A stretch of DNA of 64,000 bases from a bacterium (GTDB lineage: Bacteria > SAR324 > NAC60-12). Positions within the stretch are counted from its first letter, which is position 1. Each line of letters starts with the position of its first letter. The stretch covers positions 160,001 to 224,000 of the forward strand of contig CBDDTI010000295.1 in NCBI GenBank assembly GCA_965233585.1. The letters are read 5' to 3'. This document shows positions 59,649 through 64,000 of this stretch, one piece after another. The notes beneath the pieces were generated by a model. That model was not told the DNA's origin and did not search any database. It worked only from the letters and a program-made list of their open reading frames with translations. The position numbers were made by a program, and so were the translations under genes.

Positions 59649-61255
59649 CTTTGCTTGTCTTAATAATTTTTTTGACAGTTGTCATCAGTTCCTTTGCTCA
59701 AACAACCAATCAGGAGTTGCTTGAGGAATTTCTTCAGTCTGAAAATAGAGAGATTGTTCAAGCAGTTTTTGCAAAATATCCAAATATTCAAATTCAGACA
59801 ACAGAAGATGGTCAACTTTTAGTGAAAGTGACGCTTGAGCAAGCCCTCTGGATCGCCCAAAAATACAGCTCCAATATTGATTTAAGTGAACAAGCGTTGC
59901 GAATCCGGAGGTCTATTTGGATTGCCGAACAAAATTCACGCTATGGCACTCTTGAGTTTTCAACAGGCTTTGCCCATCAGCTCAGACAGGAAAGACCTGT
60001 CCCAGACAATGAGTTCAATTTTAGTAAACGTCAAACCCAGTCAGGCGGGGCAAAATACACGAAAGAATTAGATAGTGGTCTTTCTTACAAACTAGATTAC
60101 ACATCGCAAAAAATTCGCCAACGTTCCATCACTGCTGAAGATTCAGAAGCAGACCCTGATTTAGGAGGTTATTCTGATTGGAAACATGGAGACTCCATTG
60201 ATGCGTCTTTGACGATTCCTTTGTCCCAAGATTTGGGAGAAGTCAACCAAGTTCAAGAAAGGTTGTCAGCCATAGACGTTGAAAAAGCACAAATAGACTT
60301 GGAAGCATCAGAGCTACAAGTTTTAAAAGTGATTGCAGATCAGTATTGGGATTTTTTGGGTATTTTGAAAAAAATAGAAGTTCAGGAATCAGCACTTAAA
60401 TTGTCCGAAAAAATGCTTCAAGAAACTCAACAAAAGTTTAAACTTGGTCAGGTAGAAGAGCATGATGTTTTGAGTGCAGAATTGTCTGTTTTGTCTGATA
60501 AAGAGCAGTTGTTTGATTTGGAAATTAAAAAGGAAAATGCGCAAATCACGATGCTTGCCGCATTGAGTCCCAATTTTAGTCAAGATTTGATTTTTCAGCC
60601 AGTTGACACACCAGCAGAGACATTGTCTCAATTTGACAAAACCAATGTGTTGGAAAAAGTGAAAAAACACGATCAGCAAATTCAGAAACTAGATCAATCA
60701 GTCGCTCAAGAACATTTAAAACTCACACAAATTCAAAACAAAGATAAATCCGATATTGACCTGACTTTAGGCACTAAATTTACGGGATTGCGTGAACTTC
60801 CTTTGGAAAGCCTTCAAGATGCAGGCAGAGATGAACTGTTTGACCCGTACGTAACATTGACATGGAAAATTCCTTTTTCAGGAGATTCCATCGCTGAAGA
60901 TTACAATCAAAATCGTCTCACAGTGGCAAGGTTGACTTTGGAAAAAAGAAACCGCATGAAACAAATTGATGTTCAGGCAAAATCTATTCTTGCCTCCCTT
61001 CAGCTGCAAGAAAAACGTATTGAGTCAAATGAATATTCTTTAGACCTTGCTAAAAGACAACTGGACAAGCAAACTCAATTTTTTAGCATAGGCAAGGTGT
61101 CTTCTCTGACCTTAGAGCAAACTCGTCAACAGTATTTGCAAGCTCAAGAAACAAAAATTGACTCTAAAATATTATATGAAAAAACGAGACTGAACCTATT
61201 GGTTCTCACACGTGACCTTTATGATTTTTATTCTCTGACTCCTCTAACTCCATAA
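59639..61255 (+). CDS. TolC-family outer-membrane efflux channel
   Basis: Signal peptide, two OEP-like repeats, first gene of an MFP-RND operon. Confidence 0.85.
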   Translation: MKNTLLVLIIFLTVVISSFAQTTNQELLEEFLQSENREIVQAVFAKYPNIQIQTTEDGQLLVKVTLEQALWIAQKYSSNIDLSEQALRIRRSIWIAEQNSRYGTLEFSTGFAHQLRQERPVPDNEFNFSKRQTQSGGAKYTKELDSGLSYKLDYTSQKIRQRSITAEDSEADPDLGGYSDWKHGDSIDASLTIPLSQDLGEVNQVQERLSAIDVEKAQIDLEASELQVLKVIADQYWDFLGILKKIEVQESALKLSEKMLQETQQKFKLGQVEEHDVLSAELSVLSDKEQLFDLEIKKENAQITMLAALSPNFSQDLIFQPVDTPAETLSQFDKTNVLEKVKKHDQQIQKLDQSVAQEHLKLTQIQNKDKSDIDLTLGTKFTGLRELPLESLQDAGRDELFDPYVTLTWKIPFSGDSIAEDYNQNRLTVARLTLEKRNRMKQIDVQAKSILASLQLQEKRIESNEYSLDLAKRQLDKQTQFFSIGKVSSLTLEQTRQQYLQAQETKIDSKILYEKTRLNLLVLTRDLYDFYSLTPLTP

Positions 61256-61282
61256 ATCACCATTTTATCTTTAAGGAACAAA

Positions 61283-63076
61283 ATGACATATAAACATTAC
61301 CTCAAAATTTCTCTCATCTGGTTCATTCCTGCTTTGACTTACGCTCAAACCAACATTGATGTTTTAGAGCTGATGCCACAAACGATTAGCATTGAAAAGG
61401 ACTATATCGGAAACCTCAAATCGGAGGCAAATATTCATATCGGACTAGAAGCAGAAGGAGTTTTGGACAAAGTGCATGTTGAAAAAGGGAAACGTATTCA
61501 ACAAGGAGATTTGGTTGCAGAACTCCGCAATGACAAGCACAAGGTCAGATTGAAGATTGCTAAAGACACATTGAGTTTGAGTCAAAAGACGTATGCGAGC
61601 GAAAAGAAAACTTCAAAAACTGAAATCAAGCAGTTGGAAATAGAACTTAAAAGAGAACAGCAAAAGTCTGCTTTTGCTGCGATTGATTTGAAGAACGAAA
61701 AAGAGCTTGCCAAAAAACGATTAAGTATTTTGCAACTCCAACTTAAAGATGCTGAAGATAATTTAATTTTTACCCAAAATCAGTTGGAAAGAGACCGGGA
61801 GTCTTCTACCAAAGAAATCAAACAGCTGGAAACAGAACTGGCTAGGGAGCAAGAAAGGTCTAGTTTTGCACGAGTAAACTTGGAGAATGAAAAGGAACTT
61901 GCCAAAAAACGATTAAGTATTTTGCAACTCCAACTCAAAGATGCTGAGGATAATTTGGCATTCAACCAATCAGAGTTTGGAAGGGATCAAGGTGCTTTCA
62001 CCCAACAACTCTTAGCAGAATCAGCTTTTGAAAGATCACAATACAATTTGTCTGTGGCGCAAAATCAGTATGACCGAATCAAAGAACAAATTGCACAAGA
62101 ACAAATTGCGACCCCCGCCAAAATAGACCAACTCCAACACAATCTTAAAGTCCAAGACGACCAAACACAACTTGCTGAACAGAGACTTTCACTCAAAAAA
62201 GTATCAGTACGGACAACCCTTGAAAGGTCACAATACAATTTATCTGTAGCACAAAACCAGTATGATCAAATCAAAGAACGAATCGCACAAGAGCAAGTGT
62301 CAGCCCCTGCGAGGCAAGACCAACTTCAACACAATCTTAAAGTTCAAGAGAATCAAACACAGCTTGCACAGCAAAGGCTTCAACAAACCAAACTCAACAA
62401 ATCTCTACGACTTACAGAACTTTTGAACCATGTGCAAAAAGCCAAAAATGATCTGACGCTGTCCCAAGAAGACTTAAATCAAACTTTGGCGTACGCTCCC
62501 TCTTCTGGCTTTGTGAATGATGTTTTGTATGAGCAAGGAGAGTTTATAAACAAAGGGAGAACATTGATTCAACTCATCAAAACTGACCGAATGTTGATTG
62601 AGTTTTCTATTGCAGAACAAGACATTCCTTGGCTCAAAGTTGGGCAGGAAGCCAAAATTTCAATCCCTGCTCTCAAAAAAGAATTTCCTGCAACACTCAA
62701 TTTTATCAATCAAGAATCCTCTGACAACCGAACTTTTCAGGCAGAGTTTTTGATTGAAAACCCCAAAGACTCTCTTCGTTCTGGAATGCTAGCACAGACG
62801 CATATTTTTTTGTTTGAGGAAAAAAATCAAATTGTGATTCCGCTGAATGCTGTCTTACAAGGATTTCAAGAACAGTCAGTCTTTATTGTCCAAGATGGAG
62901 TAGCACGCAAAAAAAAGGTGCAATTAGGCTATCAATTTGACAACTTTGTTCAAATCACATCGGGCTTAACCATTGATGATATTCTTGTGATACGAGGGCA
63001 AAGTTTTATTGCTGATGGTAAAGCGGTCTCTGTCAAAAAAGTAGAAAAACAAACGGCAAATCAAGTGTATCGTTAA
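61283..63076 (+). CDS. RND periplasmic adaptor (MFP) with greatly extended alpha-hairpin
   Basis: Lipoyl halves (GVLDKV..EKG; APSSGFV...GE), LRSGM, IPLNAV; about 300-aa coiled coil. Confidence 0.88.
   Translation: MTYKHYLKISLIWFIPALTYAQTNIDVLELMPQTISIEKDYIGNLKSEANIHIGLEAEGVLDKVHVEKGKRIQQGDLVAELRNDKHKVRLKIAKDTLSLSQKTYASEKKTSKTEIKQLEIELKREQQKSAFAAIDLKNEKELAKKRLSILQLQLKDAEDNLIFTQNQLERDRESSTKEIKQLETELAREQERSSFARVNLENEKELAKKRLSILQLQLKDAEDNLAFNQSEFGRDQGAFTQQLLAESAFERSQYNLSVAQNQYDRIKEQIAQEQIATPAKIDQLQHNLKVQDDQTQLAEQRLSLKKVSVRTTLERSQYNLSVAQNQYDQIKERIAQEQVSAPARQDQLQHNLKVQENQTQLAQQRLQQTKLNKSLRLTELLNHVQKAKNDLTLSQEDLNQTLAYAPSSGFVNDVLYEQGEFINKGRTLIQLIKTDRMLIEFSIAEQDIPWLKVGQEAKISIPALKKEFPATLNFINQESSDNRTFQAEFLIENPKDSLRSGMLAQTHIFLFEEKNQIVIPLNAVLQGFQEQSVFIVQDGVARKKKVQLGYQFDNFVQITSGLTIDDILVIRGQSFIADGKAVSVKKVEKQTANQVYR
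61622..62380 (+). repeat. Two pairs of 192-nt-period intragenic duplications
   Basis: A at 61622 and A' at 61814 (KELAKKRLSILQLQLKDAEDNL twice); B at 62030 and B' at 62222 (ERSQYNLSVAQNQYD...DQLQHNLKVQ twice). Confidence 0.92.
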
Positions 63077-63129
63077 ACCAAGCTGTGGCTTGTCCAAATA
63101 CATCAAATATTTTTACCAAATAATCAAAA

Positions 63130-64000
63130 ATGAAACTTTCCCACATTCCTATCCATTTTAGAACACCTGTTTACCTGATTCTGTTTTTAATTATCATCTT
63201 GGGAACGTTAGCCTATAAACAAATTCCAAGAGAAAGTCAGCCAGATATTCAAATCCCTATTCTGATTGTGACTGTTCCTTACCCAGGTGCCTCCCCTGCA
63301 GACACAGAATCTTTAATTACGCGTAAGTTAGAAAAGGAATTTAAGGGTATTGAAAACCTTGACAAAATTACCTCCACTTCCGCAGAAAGTGTCTCTGTCA
63401 TCGTACTGAATTTTGATGCAGGTTTTGACACCAAACAGGCGAGAACTTCTGTCAGAGAAGCGATAGATTCTGTGAGACCTGACCTACCAGACGAATCAGA
63501 AACAGCAACCATCCAAGAAATCAACCTTTCTGAAACTCCCATTCTCTACGTCAACCTGTCTTCCAAAATTGGGCTAAATCGTCTAAGAATTGCTGCCGAT
63601 GATTTGAAAGATGAGATTGAAGATTTAGGAGGAGTTTTAGAAGTCAGAAGAATAGGAGGATTGACGAGGGAGATTCAAATCTTGCTAGACCCTGCAAAAA
63701 TACTCCACCACAAACTAGACACCAATCAAATTGCCAACGCCATCAATGGAGAAAATAAGGACTTACCGGGCGGGTCAATTGATTTGGGAGGGAGCAAATA
63801 CCAGTTGAGAATACCGGGTAAATTTACGAACCCCAAAGATATTGAGAATGCTTTAATTACCACCCGTGAAGGTGTGCCTATTCTGATTAAAGATGTGGGA
63901 CAAGTGGTTGATGGCTTTGAAGACTTGTCTTCTCGCTCACGTCTCAACAAAACAGAAACGGTGTCTTTGAGTGTTTCTAAAAGAAGTGGTGAAAATATTT
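63130..64000 (+). CDS. RND efflux permease (AcrB family), 5' part
   Basis: Manual translation MKLSHIPI...TM...IPRESQPDIQIP...YPGASPADTESLIT; open to window end. Confidence 0.93.
   Translation, partial: MKLSHIPIHFRTPVYLILFLIIILGTLAYKQIPRESQPDIQIPILIVTVPYPGASPADTESLITRKLEKEFKGIENLDKITSTSAESVSVIVLNFDAGFDTKQARTSVREAIDSVRPDLPDESETATIQEINLSETPILYVNLSSKIGLNRLRIAADDLKDEIEDLGGVLEVRRIGGLTREIQILLDPAKILHHKLDTNQIANAINGENKDLPGGSIDLGGSKYQLRIPGKFTNPKDIENALITTREGVPILIKDVGQVVDGFEDLSSRSRLNKTETVSLSVSKRSGENI

Overview
AT-rich bacterial chromosome segment from a diderm organism; the gene set and the divergent EF-G suggest a deltaproteobacteria-like lineage such as SAR324 (inference only). Positions 1-22.8 kb are core genome: str operon (rpsL-rpsG-fusA-tuf), pseudopilins, hslVU, UDG, SurA-like PPIase, porin, K+ channel, UvrD/PcrA, GspL-like protein, dksA, SPL-like radical SAM protein, ribF, a J-domain protein, tRNA-Val and tRNA-Asp. 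From 22.8 to 59.1 kb lies a mosaic aromatic-catabolism cluster with no recognisable regulator. It holds a full paa set split by a TRAP transporter, the homogentisate genes (hmgA, maiA, FAA hydrolase), acetoacetate-CoA ligase plus thiolase, an amide-type ABC importer, and an MhaA-like flavin hydroxylase with a DUF2783 partner. It also holds two IaaM-like amino-acid 2-monooxygenases and an IaaH/MdlY-like amidase. The main hypothesis is an 'amide route' of Phe/Tyr catabolism (amino acid to arylacetamide to arylacetate, then paa or homogentisate), built from enzymes best known for auxin synthesis. The window ends in a TolC-MFP-RND efflux operon whose adaptor carries matched 192-nt duplications in both hairpin arms. 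All calls come from reading motifs by eye; no searches were run.
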